From Lama guanicoe (taxonomy: Eukaryota), in contig MU053873.1 in NCBI GenBank assembly GCA_013239625.1, forward strand, positions 3,548,524 to 3,612,523: 64,000 nt of DNA, in the 5' to 3' direction. Every line of letters starts with the position of its first letter. Within the stretch, counting starts at the first letter, position 1. The position numbers and the translations under genes were made by a program. This document shows positions 1-10,315 of this stretch, one piece after another. The notes beneath the pieces were generated by a model. The model saw nothing but the letters and a program-made list of their open reading frames with translations. It was not told the DNA's origin and ran no database searches.

Positions 1-1
1 G

Positions 2-187
<186 letters not shown>

Positions 188-526
188 TCAGGCCCACTCC
201 AGGCTCCCTCTGGTGGGACCCTGGCCACGTGCTTGGGCCCCAGAGCTCACAGCTGCTCCGCTCATCAAAACGAGTAGCAGCCTCCCCTAACTCCAAGCAC
301 AGCGAAGCCAAGAGTGGTGAGATTAGAGTTGTCTGGGTTTTTTGCACCAAATCATTTCTTCTTCATTTTAAATAATAAACAATAATTAATAAAAACATCA
401 AAGTTAGATTTTTAAAAAGAAAGCAGAGGAACATAAAGTCTGTTTGAGAAACTTCCATCTAAACACTAACAAAAGACAACTGAAAATCAGATGTGGCACT
501 TCAGTGGTCAAAACTTCAGTCGTCCA

Positions 527-620
527 GGGGTGGGTACTAGCTCAGCGGTAGAGCATGTGCTCCACCGGCATGAGGTCCCGGGTTTAATCCCTAGTCCCTC
601 CATTAAAACAAAGAAAAAGG
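527..620 (+). mobile_element. tRNA-derived SINE (camelid Vic-1-like)
   Basis: A-box TAGCTCAGCGG, B-box-like GGTTTAATCC, A-rich tail; diverged flanking direct repeat (acttcagtcgtcca / atttcagccggcca). Confidence 0.8.
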
Positions 621-1493
621 CAACAACATTTCAGCCGGCCAGGAAGGTGTGCTCTTAGGCACACTGACGCCCCACGTGCATCAGGCAAGCGGGCCGCAGC
701 AGGACCGCTGCCTTGGCTGTGCTCTCCACATCAGCGTCGCCACAGAGAATTCTGCAGAGTGGGATGGCCCTGCTTGAATAAGGGTCACTCAGGACCCACA
801 CGAGACTCACTGACCTGCTGGCTGGGGGTCACTGGGGGCCACCTCTGATTTTGGAGGCTCCTGCAAAGAGGGAACCACACGGAAAGGCCTACAGGCTGTG
901 CTCATCTACGTGACATGGGCCCAGGAGAGCCAATCCAACCAGTCCCTCCCCTTCTCTCTTGGGTCAGAGTTACCAAAGCCTGCTGGCCCCCAAATGTATC
1001 AGTGAATCTGCTAGATTAAGTATCACCAGGATCTGGGAAGGGAGGGATGGATGCAGAGCTGGGACGTCCAGCTTTAAACCTCCCAGGAGAATGAGGAGAA
1101 TTCGCAGAGCCAGAGACTGGCAGCTCTAAAAAAGTCCCTGGGAGTCCCTGTGTCCGTCTCCCTGCCTCAGGGAAGCGGCTGCCCTCGGTGTCAGGCTTTT
1201 CACATGAGCTCTCTCCCTTCATCCCCAAGAGAACATGGTTATCCTCATCCTGCAGAGGAGGAAACCGAGGCTCAGAGAGGGCAGTTTCTGGTCCAGCATC
1301 ACACAGCCCAGAAGTGGTGGAACCAGGATTTGAATCAGCTCTGACGTCATAGCACAAACTCTGCCAAGACCCCAAATCCTGGTCCCCTGTTCGCACAGCC
1401 TAGGAGCTCAGTGAGAGCGGATCCCTCCAGCTCCACAGCCCGATCGCCTCACCTTGGCAGCCCCCGACCAAGCGACGCCCCCCAGGTACATAC

Positions 1494-1612
1494 GGTCCAG
1501 CCTGAACCAGGACAGAGGCGGCCTTCTCCACGCCGGTCTCCTTCAGGTTGGGGCAGGGGCCGTTAAGCTCGTGCGAGTGGCCCTGGAAGTTCTCCTGCTC
1601 AAAGATGATGAT
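1494..1612 (-). CDS. CRYBB2: Beta-crystallin B2, exon 3 (Greek-key motif 1), 119 nt; gene continues beyond window start
   Basis: Minus strand reads ctgcag|ATCATCATCTTT...GGACC|gtatgt and translates to [40 protein letters not shown], which matches recalled mammalian betaB2. Phase 0 in, phase 2 out. Confidence 0.97.
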
Positions 1613-2034
1613 CTGCAGGAGGAGAGAGTCGGACCCCGTCATGATGGGGATGGGGGAGAGTGGGGCGGTGGGGGTGGAGAGGGGACTTGGAGAGCCTCAA
1701 AGGATGCTGAAGGCTTCCACGCTTGGGAATCATGAACCAAACATAAAGTCAGACAGTCCTGGCTCCAGTTACCAGCTGTGAGAACTTGGGCCAGTATCTC
1801 ACCTCTCTGAGCCTCAGTTTCCACAGCTGTAAAATGGAAAGGAAGGCAGAACCTACTTCATGGTGTTGCTGGGAAGATTAAGAGGAGCATAACTGTTAAC
1901 ACACCGTCTCTGCTCTGGTGTGGGGGGCATAATTCAAGGACATGCTACGGATCCCAAGGGGGTAAGTGGCAAAGCTGAAATTGGAGCCCAAGCTTGTCTG
2001 ATGCCGTTTCCAGTAGAGCAGCACTTTGCCAACT

Positions 2035-2168
2035 CTAACACGCACACAAGGTACCTGGCATCCTGATAAACATGGTTTCCAAGGCAGCAGGTCTGGGGTG
2101 CCTCCCCTGGTTCTGCATTTCTAATGCACTCCCAGGTGAGGTTGGTACCACTGGCCTGTGGACCACGG
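2035..2168. mobile_element. MER5A-like hAT-Charlie MITE
   Basis: gcaggtctggggtg...ctgcatttctaatgcactcccaggtga...tggaccac resembles recalled MER5A consensus. Confidence 0.65.
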
Positions 2169-3061
2169 CAGGAGTAGCAAGATGCCAGACCATGCTGCTT
2201 AAGCTTCTTCTGCCCCCACTAGAGCTGGACCAGTACCACTGTATCCACCCCCACCCACAATTCACCCGTAAAACTACACATACCTGTGCCCTTTTCTTGA
2301 GCCCCATGGGTTTTGCAGGCTTTCCTCCCCCTCGGGATACTTAAGAGGACTTCATCCCCTTGCCTGACCTGGTCCTCTCATCAGCCCAGGGAGGGGTTGG
2401 CAGGGTTCCCATCCGGGTAACTGAAGCTCAGGAAAATGAAGGGGCTCATGGCCAAGTGCAAACAGGGGGCCGACTGCCTGCTTCCATGAGTCCAGAGAGA
2501 ATCTGGAGGCAAGCGTTTTCCAGCCGCACATGCCCCAGGGAGCTGCCCCTGGATGAAGAGGCTCCCAGGAGGGGCAGCTGCACAATTCACATGGTCAGCA
2601 CTGGCTAGGTAAACATGCCCCTCTCTCCCAGGCTGGGGATTAGCCAGACAAAGCCAGGGGAGGGAGGCCCAGCAGGGCTCAGAGTCACATTCCAGGGGCT
2701 CAATTCAGCCTTCATGGTCACTGACTCGACCACAGATGGGTCAGGAGACCTGGGCTTTAACATCACTTCTGCTGCATCCAGCTATGCAACCCCAGGAAGC
2801 CACGTGATTGCTCTGAGCCTCAGCTGCCCCATCTGCAAAATGGGGAACCATGTCTATTTTGTAGGGTTACAAGACTCAACAGCATGGAAGTCAGGGGCTA
2901 GTATGTTATGACCCTGGCCTGGGAGACCAGGGCTTGTAGGGGTGAAGAGTGAGGAAAGTCAGCCTCTCCATGCATTTGAAAGGCCTCAGAGAGCCCAGGA
3001 GTTCAGTATTATTATTTATCAACAAGTGGATGGTAAAAATTTACACATCACCCAATCCTTT

Positions 3062-3345
3062 GACCTGCACAGTCCAATATGGCAACCAATAAGCTACACA
3101 TGTCTATTGAACACGTGCTACTAATCTGAACTAGGATGTGCTGTAAGTATCAAATATGCATCAGATGCTGAAGATTTAGTCTGAAAAAGAGAAGGTAAAA
3201 TAGTTCCCTAATAATTTCTCTAATGACTATGCATTGGGATATACTGGATTTAATAATATGACAATTTCTGCTATTTCTTTTTACTTTGTCAACGTGACTC
3301 TTAGGAAACATTAGACTCCACATGTGACTTGTTTGAAATCTATTG
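3062..3345. mobile_element. MER3/MER33-like hAT-Charlie DNA transposon
   Basis: gtccaatatggcaacca..agctacacatgtctattgaacacgtg...tattggagggcactg; similar to 38908-39320. Confidence 0.65.
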
Positions 3346-4009
3346 GAGGGCACTGCTCCAAATCACTTCACACTGGCAGCCTTGCTGCTCAAACTCTCCC
3401 AGCTCATTCTGACCTCTGGGCCTTTGCACTTGCTGTGCCCTGTGCCTGGAATTCTCCCCTACCCCTACTCCCTGACTTCCACATGGCTACTTCCTCACTT
3501 GTCTCCAGACGCCACTCCAATGTCACCTCCTCCAAGAAGTCCACCCTGACTACTTTAGCTTACCTGTTCCCCATCCACCCCACTTGTTGGGAAGCCTACT
3601 CGTTTAGTTTCTTCCTAGCACTTCTCATTCCTTGAAGTCACATTTATTAGTTTATTGTCTGTATTTCTAGAAAGCCCCTTAAGGGACAGAATGGGGTGAC
3701 TGGGTGAGGGGCTGTATCAGCTCAAGATTTCCAAGCTAGGGGGCAATCAGACAAAAGGGCAGATCCAGGATAGAATTCATGTCCGGGGCCCCTGAAGCAG
3801 AGGGAAACAGGAGAGCAGCCTGGTGGACGGCTGCTGGTAGAAGTCTGGGGGCAGATTCGGTGTGACAAGCCCCTGACTTTGGGATAAGGTCGCATCACCT
3901 TAGGAGAGAAGACAAAGGCGGCACCATTAGCTGGCATTAGGTGAACACACACTGGCTCAGCCTGATTTCTTTGCTTCTTCACAATTACCTTTTGCTGTGA
4001 ATCTGATTC

Positions 4010-4100
4010 TCCCTATTTTACGAAGGAGGGAACTGAGGCCCAGAGAGGTCAAGTGACTGGCCTAGGTCACACAGCAGGTATGGAGTCAAGAATCTCAGCC
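4010..4100 (+). mobile_element. MIR SINE core (representative; many further MIR cores, e.g. ~1250, 1790, 11650, 17735, 22200, 30845, 42405, 49265, 60530)
   Basis: cctattttacgaaggagggaactgaggcccagagaggtcaagtgactggcctaggtcacacagc. Confidence 0.8.
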
Positions 4101-4397
4101 CACTTCCCATTCACAAGCCCCCTTTCAGAATAGACTGAGGGTCCGCCCCAGCTTTGGGCCCCCCCCAGGCAATGGAAAACTTAAATATCTGAAGCCAGAA
4201 GCATGCCAGTCGTGGGCTGGGGAGGGACATTCTGAATCAGTGCCCCCCGCAATCCCAGTGTTCAAGTTGGGGAGACTGAGGCCCAGAGAGGGGAACCCCG
4301 GGAAGGAAGATGTCAACCCCACTTTACAGAAGGGAAACCAAGTCTGGGAGAGGCATGGTGCTTGCCACCCATCTTCCCCACCCCGCATGGTACCCAC

Positions 4398-4451
4398 CTT
4401 GGGGTTGAGGGGCTGTGGCTTGCCCGCTTGGGTCTGGAGGTCTGAGGCCAT
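4398..4451 (-). CDS. CRYBB2: Beta-crystallin B2, coding part of exon 2 (whole exon 4398-4477), N-terminal arm MASDLQTQAGKPQPLNPK
   Basis: Kozak context CCCACCATGG with ATG at 4451; acceptor ttccag| at 4478-4479; donor AAG|gtgggt. 54 nt, in frame with exon 3. Confidence 0.96.
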
Positions 4452-5946
4452 GGTGGGCTGTCTCGTGCAGGACTGACCTGGAAGACACGGGGAAGCAGCA
4501 GTGAGGTCTCTCTGGGCCCTCGTCCCTCTCACTGCGGGGCCTCGGAGCCCCAAATCCCATTTTGTCTCCCTGGTTTCAGGAGATCCTGGAGCAGTGGGGT
4601 CTGCAAAGCAGCTGCCCGAACATCCATCCTTAGCTTCCCTTCTTTGGATCCAGGCCAGCTCCGAGGGGGTAGGGGAGAGGAGAGAAATGAGGTCTACTGA
4701 ACTATAAAGTGGTAAACTAGAGCTTGAGTGGGGCCCCAGGTGGGTCCTCATCACCTAGAACCAGACAACTGATGCTACATAGAATGCAGCCCCACTGATT
4801 TTATGCAGAAATTTCTTGATTAAAAGAAAACAGTGTGGGCTGACAAAATCCACGCTTGATCAGTCTGTAGCTCTCAATCTGCCATCTCATAAAGTACCCT
4901 GTACCCCCTGCCCCTCGTCCCCGACTTCCTCCTTGACTCCCCGCCACCCACCCAGTACCCAGAACCCTCCTCTCCACCACTCGTCTTATCCCCTCCCCGA
5001 TCAGCGCACACATCTGTTATGGAACTCATTCCACACCAGAGCAAAGACCTGAGTCTAAGGTAGAAGTTCAGACACCATGACAGGCAGAAAGGGGGAGAAA
5101 TTCTTAGCGTCTGAGAACATCAGGAAAGGCAGCAAAAGTGTCGGTTTCTTCTTCCTTCCTGCAGGAGCGGGAGAGAACCCAGTCTATGTTCCTAGTGAAG
5201 AGGGGAAGCCTGTCTCCTTCTCCAGAGATTAACATCCAGCTTCCAGAAGCTCCTTCTATTCCAGAGACCAGGCCAGGACGTTCCCCAGAAAGAGGACATT
5301 CAACTAAGCAGTCTGGGAGCCAGCTGTCTGGGCCGGTCACTGTGCCCAAGACCCCACCATTACCGTCCCCTCATCGGCATCCTCAGGTTAAAGATTAAGC
5401 TCAGTTGGTTCAACTCAGGGGCTGCCTTCGCCGCTTACCAGCATCAAGGCTCTGGGAAGGGCATCGTCTTGGCGCCTCAATTTCCTGCTCTGTAAAATGG
5501 GGACAGTGTGGTGGGACACAGAGTGGGCGCCCAGGAACGTTTGTAGATATGGAGAGTGGACTCACCGCCCTTGAACGAAGCTGAACCTTCAGTGCTTCTA
5601 TTCTTTCCACTCGCAAACCCTCAGCTATATTCTCTTCCTCAAAACAAGGATGCTGATGGACTGTTCAGTATCAAGACAAAGCATTGCCAAAGTACACATC
5701 CTGGGCCAGGCGCTGCGCTGGACCACTCACCTACGTTATCTCTGAGCCCCACAGCCAAGGAGGTTTTATGACCCCCTCTCCCCATTTAACAGAAAAGAAA
5801 GCCAAGGCTCAGAGCCTTGACATCTTCGCCCAAAGTCACCCTGTCAGAAAGTGGTAGCATCTGGATTCAAACCCAGGTCTCCTACGCTCTCCATCAGGGA
5901 TGAGGATGAGAGAAAAAGGCAAGACAAGCGAGAGAGGCATTCTTAC

Positions 5947-5975
5947 CAGTGACACCAGCCCCTGAGAGTGCCCGT
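5947..5975 (-). other. CRYBB2: CRYBB2 non-coding exon 1 (TSS approximate)
   Basis: Strong donor CTG|gtaaga at 5946-5941, about 55 nt downstream of a TATAAA box. Beta-B crystallin genes have a short untranslated first exon. Confidence 0.75.
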
Positions 5976-5999
5976 GAAGCTGGCCGGCGGGAGGTGGCA

Positions 6000-6160
6000 T
6001 TTATACCTTCCCCAGGAGTGTCTGTGCCAAGACGGGTGACCGCTGCATCCCTGCGGAAAGCAGGGTGAGAATGCTGAATTAAGCCCACACCAAAGCCCGG
6101 GTCAGCAAATGCCCACAGACATTGTGTCTCTGCACAATAATGTCATTAGCTTTCAAATTC
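6000..6160 (-). promoter_or_regulatory. CRYBB2: CRYBB2 lens promoter: TATA box, Maf half-site and SOX-like sites
   Basis: TATAAA on minus strand at 6000-6005; AT-flanked MARE half-site ATTTGCTGAC (TGCTGAC at 6101-6107); second TGCTGA at 6072-6077; SOX-type CATTGT/ACAAT at 6120-6138. Confidence 0.8.
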
Positions 6161-7077
6161 GGCCGCGCCAGGGTGGTCAGGTGGCCAGGCAAGGAGATGC
6201 CCGCTTTGCATGCATCAGCCTTCCCGCTGCCAGGACTCGGGCATGCTGGGTTCACTGGTGTGGTCAGTTGAGCCCTGGGGGAGGCAGACAGAGGCAAATC
6301 TCAGTGGCCCTGGGGGAGAAAAAAAAAAACAAGCACAGGAAGTTGGTTTGGCAGGGTCCAGAATCCATCCATCCATCCATTCATCCATCCAAATATTTAT
6401 CAAGTATGTACCTGATGCCAAGCTTGGCTCTAGGGGGTAGTGTCAGGGAGGGGATGTACCCCAGCCTGGAGCATCCAGGAAAGCTCCTGGGAAGGGACAA
6501 AATCCTCAAGGATGTGGAGAAATTAGCCTGGGAAGCCAGGATGGGAGAAGAGTTCCAAGCAGAAGGGGATCAGATAGAACATGGTGCTGGGGTATTTCAA
6601 GAAGACTTACAAACAGGTTAATGCAGCTACAGGGTGGCCCGTGGTGGGGCAGGACCTGATCGTGCAGGGCCAAGGAGAGGGATGGTCATCCTGAAGGGCC
6701 CTGACAGTCCCAGCACCTACTGTTCCCAAGGGGGCTGCCCTAAGGACCCTCGGGCCCCGTGATTTGGAGAAACCTCTCCGGTCCCTACTGCCTGCCCCAT
6801 CGCTGCCCCTGGGCTCTTGGCCTTTCCTGGCACTCCTCCGGTATGTACGGCTTCCCTGCAGCCTGCAGTGTGTCTTGACCGAATCCAAGGTCAGGCAGGA
6901 GAGAGGGGACGGCACTGGGGTTTGGAAACTGGGTTCGAGTGAGGAGACTTGCTCGCTTCACCTTCTGTGCCCCCGATACACACACAGCCATGCTGCTTCT
7001 CTGTAGCACTTGTCAGCACCTGACACTGTTAGTCATAATTTGCTGTCCTTCCAATGGGAAGAAACACATCATGATTG

Positions 7078-7210
7078 GCGGGGGGAGATAGCTCAAGTGG
7101 TAAAGTGCATGCTTAGCATGTGCAAGGTCCTGAGTTCAATCCCCGGTACCTCTCCTAAAACAAATAAATAAATAAACCTAATTACACCCCATCCACCTAC
7201 CAGAAAAAAA
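7078..7210 (+). mobile_element. tRNA-derived SINE (Vic-1-like) at the outer end of the ERV 3' LTR
   Basis: TAGCTCAAGTGG...GAGTTCAATCCCC followed by an AAATAAACCTAATTAC tail. Confidence 0.85.
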
Positions 7211-7214
7211 GCGC

Positions 7215-7533
7215 CTCATGAGGGAAGCGCCGTCTGGTTTACCATCTGATGGGCTGCACCCCGCAGGCCAACAATCAAACAGTGGATCTTACACAAAGGT
7301 TCCTGGAGCAACATGCCACCGTGTGCAGCAGACGGTGGGCAGGGTGTGGCAGGAATTTTCACTACCCAAGTGGCCATTTACAGGGTTAATCAGGTGGGTT
7401 CATCAGTTACCAGGGACTACTGAAGCCCGATAATCATGAGGATTGGGTGATCGTGGGGGTGAAGCAGGGACTGGTTGTGTGGGGGATGCAGGAAGAGCAA
7501 GAGAACAGCCATCTGGCGTGGCCTGACCCTACA
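7215..7533 (-). repeat. 3' LTR of the ERVL-type provirus, with internal deletions relative to the 5' LTR
   Basis: Starts TGT immediately after the PPT and aligns blockwise to the 5' LTR. The spacing between two shared blocks is 142 bp here vs 264 bp in the 5' LTR. Confidence 0.75.
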
Positions 7534-9084
7534 CCCCACCCCTACACACCCTGCAGTACAGACACCAGCGGCTAAAGAGAATCATGAGTTCAGGAGGGGG
7601 GCAAACATTGGAGCCAGGCGCTTATCACGTCAACTTTCATGGAATTCCGAGAGGCGGATGAGAACGGCCTCTCGCAGCCGACCCAGCAGTCAGACTCGTC
7701 TTGGAGGAAGGTCATGCTTGTCACTCAGTCTGCAGGTTCCCTCTGCTCAGACTCGGGAAGAAATGTAAGATGTTTAACAGGCACAAGGCAGAGAAGATCA
7801 TGGCCGTTAAGCAGAAGCAGCGCTCGGAGCTCCCATCACCCCCGCCTGTGGCTCTGTCCTGGCCTGCAGAACCCACCGCCAGCCCGCCCCAGTCCGCACG
7901 GCCGGTGCCCAATACTGGAGAGGCGGTGTAACGACGGACCACAGGGTACTACAGTGGTGCCTTTCTCCAGCAGGGGCCCGGGTTAACTACCGCAGCAGTC
8001 CTAGGTAGGTGGAAGACAAGTGAGATCTGTAAATCCATTTCTGATTTTATTCCCCACAAGGCAGCAAACCCAAACAGCAGGGGACTTACCTGCTGGTCTC
8101 AGGGCCTTTTTATAACGTGTTCCCCTGGGGGTAGATCCCGTGTCAGGGGCAAAAGCAAGTTAACAATCCTTTGATTTGGGTCAAGAATTGAGCTCGGATG
8201 GTGTTGACTGGTTGCCTCTGGGCTAATGTGGCGGGGGCACTGGGACGACTGCTCCTGGGATGGCCAGTTACAGTGCCAGGGGCTTGAGTTAGCCTCCCAG
8301 CCCACGTGCTGAGAGCCGGTTCCCACGACAGTTGCGTTTAAGTCCCTTCCTAGCCCGGCAGCAGTGGGGTTGTAAGGAAAAGCCAGTGGACGGCATTTCT
8401 GTCGGCCCATTCCTGGACTTCATGGCCACTGGTCACTATGGATGCCCACGGGGGTCCCGCAGGTCACGCACAGCTGTTCTAGACCCGATAGTGGTTTATG
8501 GCGGATGACTTGTTGGCCCTTTGTGGGTCTCCCACCTGTTGCACCGCGTTGTAGGCGGCGTGTAGCTGCGGTCCCATCACTGTGTCGTTGCTCCGCCCCT
8601 CGCGTCGCTGGGACCCGGAGCCCAAGGGCACTCTGGTTATCCCGCCGTCGGCGCAGGCCCCAACCAAACCCCTCCGGGTTAACAGGCCACATCCAAGTCA
8701 CAAGCTTGTCCCCGAGGTAACAGCCCTAAAGCCCGTGTCTGCAGTTGTTTAGGGGTGGTGGGCGGGGGGCAGGCTTGTCTCACCGACCAGGCAGCCGCCA
8801 AGCACAGAACAGACAGGCCCGGCCCCTGCGCTCGGCCCGCGGCCACCAGCCAGGCCCGGGCGTCAGCAGGGCCACGAGCCCGGGCTGCTGCCTTTAACCT
8901 GGAAGCACACGCTGAGTTAACAGGACGCCCTCGACATCATGGAAGAAAACGACGCCTCTGGTGGCGCTCCGCTGCCACAAGCCCCCACGCACTGGTGGAC
9001 ACCGCCTGGGGACCCCACACCCCAACTTCCGGTTCCCGCCCTGCCTCCCCCGAAGTCTCGGCTCTCGCGGGAGTTTCCTCGCCT

Positions 9085-9568
9085 CCTGACTGGCTGGCCG
9101 CCGGCTGGGCCGCGCCCGGCAGGGCCGCGAGCCTTGAGCCCGGAGACAGTGACAGGGACATCAGAGGTTATCGGACAGGGGGTCTTACACGCCCCAAACA
9201 AGGGGTCCTGGAGCGACTCCCCACCGTGTACGGCCGCCAGCACAGGACTCGACGGCACTCTGCCCCACTCGGGGAGGAGGCGGCCACAGAGGGGGGACGA
9301 CGTCAGGTGGGCTCATCTGTTACCGGGGGAACCAGGGCTGGGCACGTCCCTCACAGCCCCTCAGGTTAACGAGCTTCCCGAGGGTAGATGCTTCCCTGTG
9401 GTAAACTAGCAGGTGGGGACGTTCTGGCCTAGGGATTAGAAGCATCGCCTGCCAGAACAGGGGGCAGGCACGTTCACCTGAGTGGAGAGTAAGTGGAGCA
9501 GGGGCTGGTCCAGCAGGGGATGGACAAGAGAGCAAGACAGCGGCCATCTGGAATGGCCTGACTCTACA
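9085..9568 (-). repeat. 5' LTR of the ERVL-type provirus (inner boundary approximate)
   Basis: Colinear blocks shared with 7231-7533, e.g. caggtgggctcatctgttacc vs caggtgggttcatcagttacc, and ggtcctggagcgactccccaccgtgt vs gttcctggagcaacatgccaccgtgt. Confidence 0.75.
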
Positions 9569-9679
9569 CCATCATGTCCCCACAGCCCAGCGTTTGACAC
9601 ATGGTAGGTACTTGTTTTGTTTTCTAGGACTGCCGTAACAAAGGGCCCAAAACTAGTGGCTTAAAACAACAGAATTTGG

Positions 9680-10315
9680 GGATATAAAATGGTGCAGCTT
9701 CTATAGAAAACAGGATGGTGGTTCCTCAAAAAATTAAGCATAGAATTCCCGTGTGATCCAGCCTTCTGGGCTTATGCTCATGAGAATTAAAGCAGGGACT
9801 GCAGCAGATATGGGTACACCCGTGGTCATAGCAGCATTATGCCCCAATCGCCAAGAAGTGGAAACAACCCAAATACTCACTGAGAGACGAATGGATGAAG
9901 GAAGTGTGGTCTGTCCTGACAATGGAATATCATCAGCCTTAAAAAAGGAAGGACATTCTGATGCATTCTACAACCTGGATGAACCTTGAGGACATTATGC
10001 TCAGTGACATAAACCAGATCCAAGAGGACAAATACTGTGTGACTCCACTTCTATGAGATTCTCAGTGCAGTTAAATTTAGAGACAGAAAGTAAAATAGTG
10101 GTTGGCAGGGACCGGAGTGGGTGGGGAACTGGGAACTACGGTTTAATGAGCACGGAGTTTCAGTTTTGCAAGATGAATAACACTTCTGGAGAGGGATGGT
10201 GGTGATGGCTGCACAACAGTGTGAATGTGTTTCATGCCACCAAACCGTCCACTTAAAAATGGTTAAAATGGCCAATTTTATGTTATGAATATTTTACTGC
10301 AATAAAAATGTCAAA
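9680..10315 (+). mobile_element. Old 5'-truncated LINE-1 (L1M-type) 3' end, inserted in an MLT1/MaLR LTR fragment (~9612-9678 and ~10340-10375)
   Basis: Degenerate ORF2-end and 3'UTR motifs (cctcaaaaaattaagcatagaatt, gaaccttgaggacattatgct, ccacttaaaaatggttaaaatg). The flank ctaggactgccgtaacaaa...ggcttaaaacaacagaattt is MaLR-like. Confidence 0.75.

Larger units (their letters stand above)
7215..9568 (-). mobile_element. Internally deleted class III (ERVL-type) endogenous retrovirus with two LTRs and gag/pol/env remnants
   Basis: Both LTRs begin TGTAG(G/A)GTCAGGCC (at 9568 and 7533), and a PPT AGGGGTGGGG at 7543-7534 abuts the 3' LTR. Frameshifted peptide remnants: PEGFGWGL / VPLG / QLHAAYNAVQQV (RT-RNase H connection); LEQLCVTCGTP..IHSDQ and PYNPTAAGL (integrase core); LLNGHDLLCLVPVKHLTFLP (integrase C-terminus); DCWVGCE (env SU-like). 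The lower boundary is approximate. Confidence 0.85.

Noticed and set aside
7242..7248. CCATC|TG at 7242-7248 mirrors CA|CCATC at 9567-9573, suggesting a 5-bp ERV target-site duplication
   Set aside because: LTR-LTR similarity seems to continue past 7247 (gtctggtttaccatctgatgggc vs gactggctggccgccggctgggc), so the match may be coincidental. Not used to set the boundary.
8755..9409. 204-aa and 156-aa plus-strand ORFs
   Set aside because: Antisense to the decayed ERV in very GC-rich, stop-poor DNA; no recognisable protein features.
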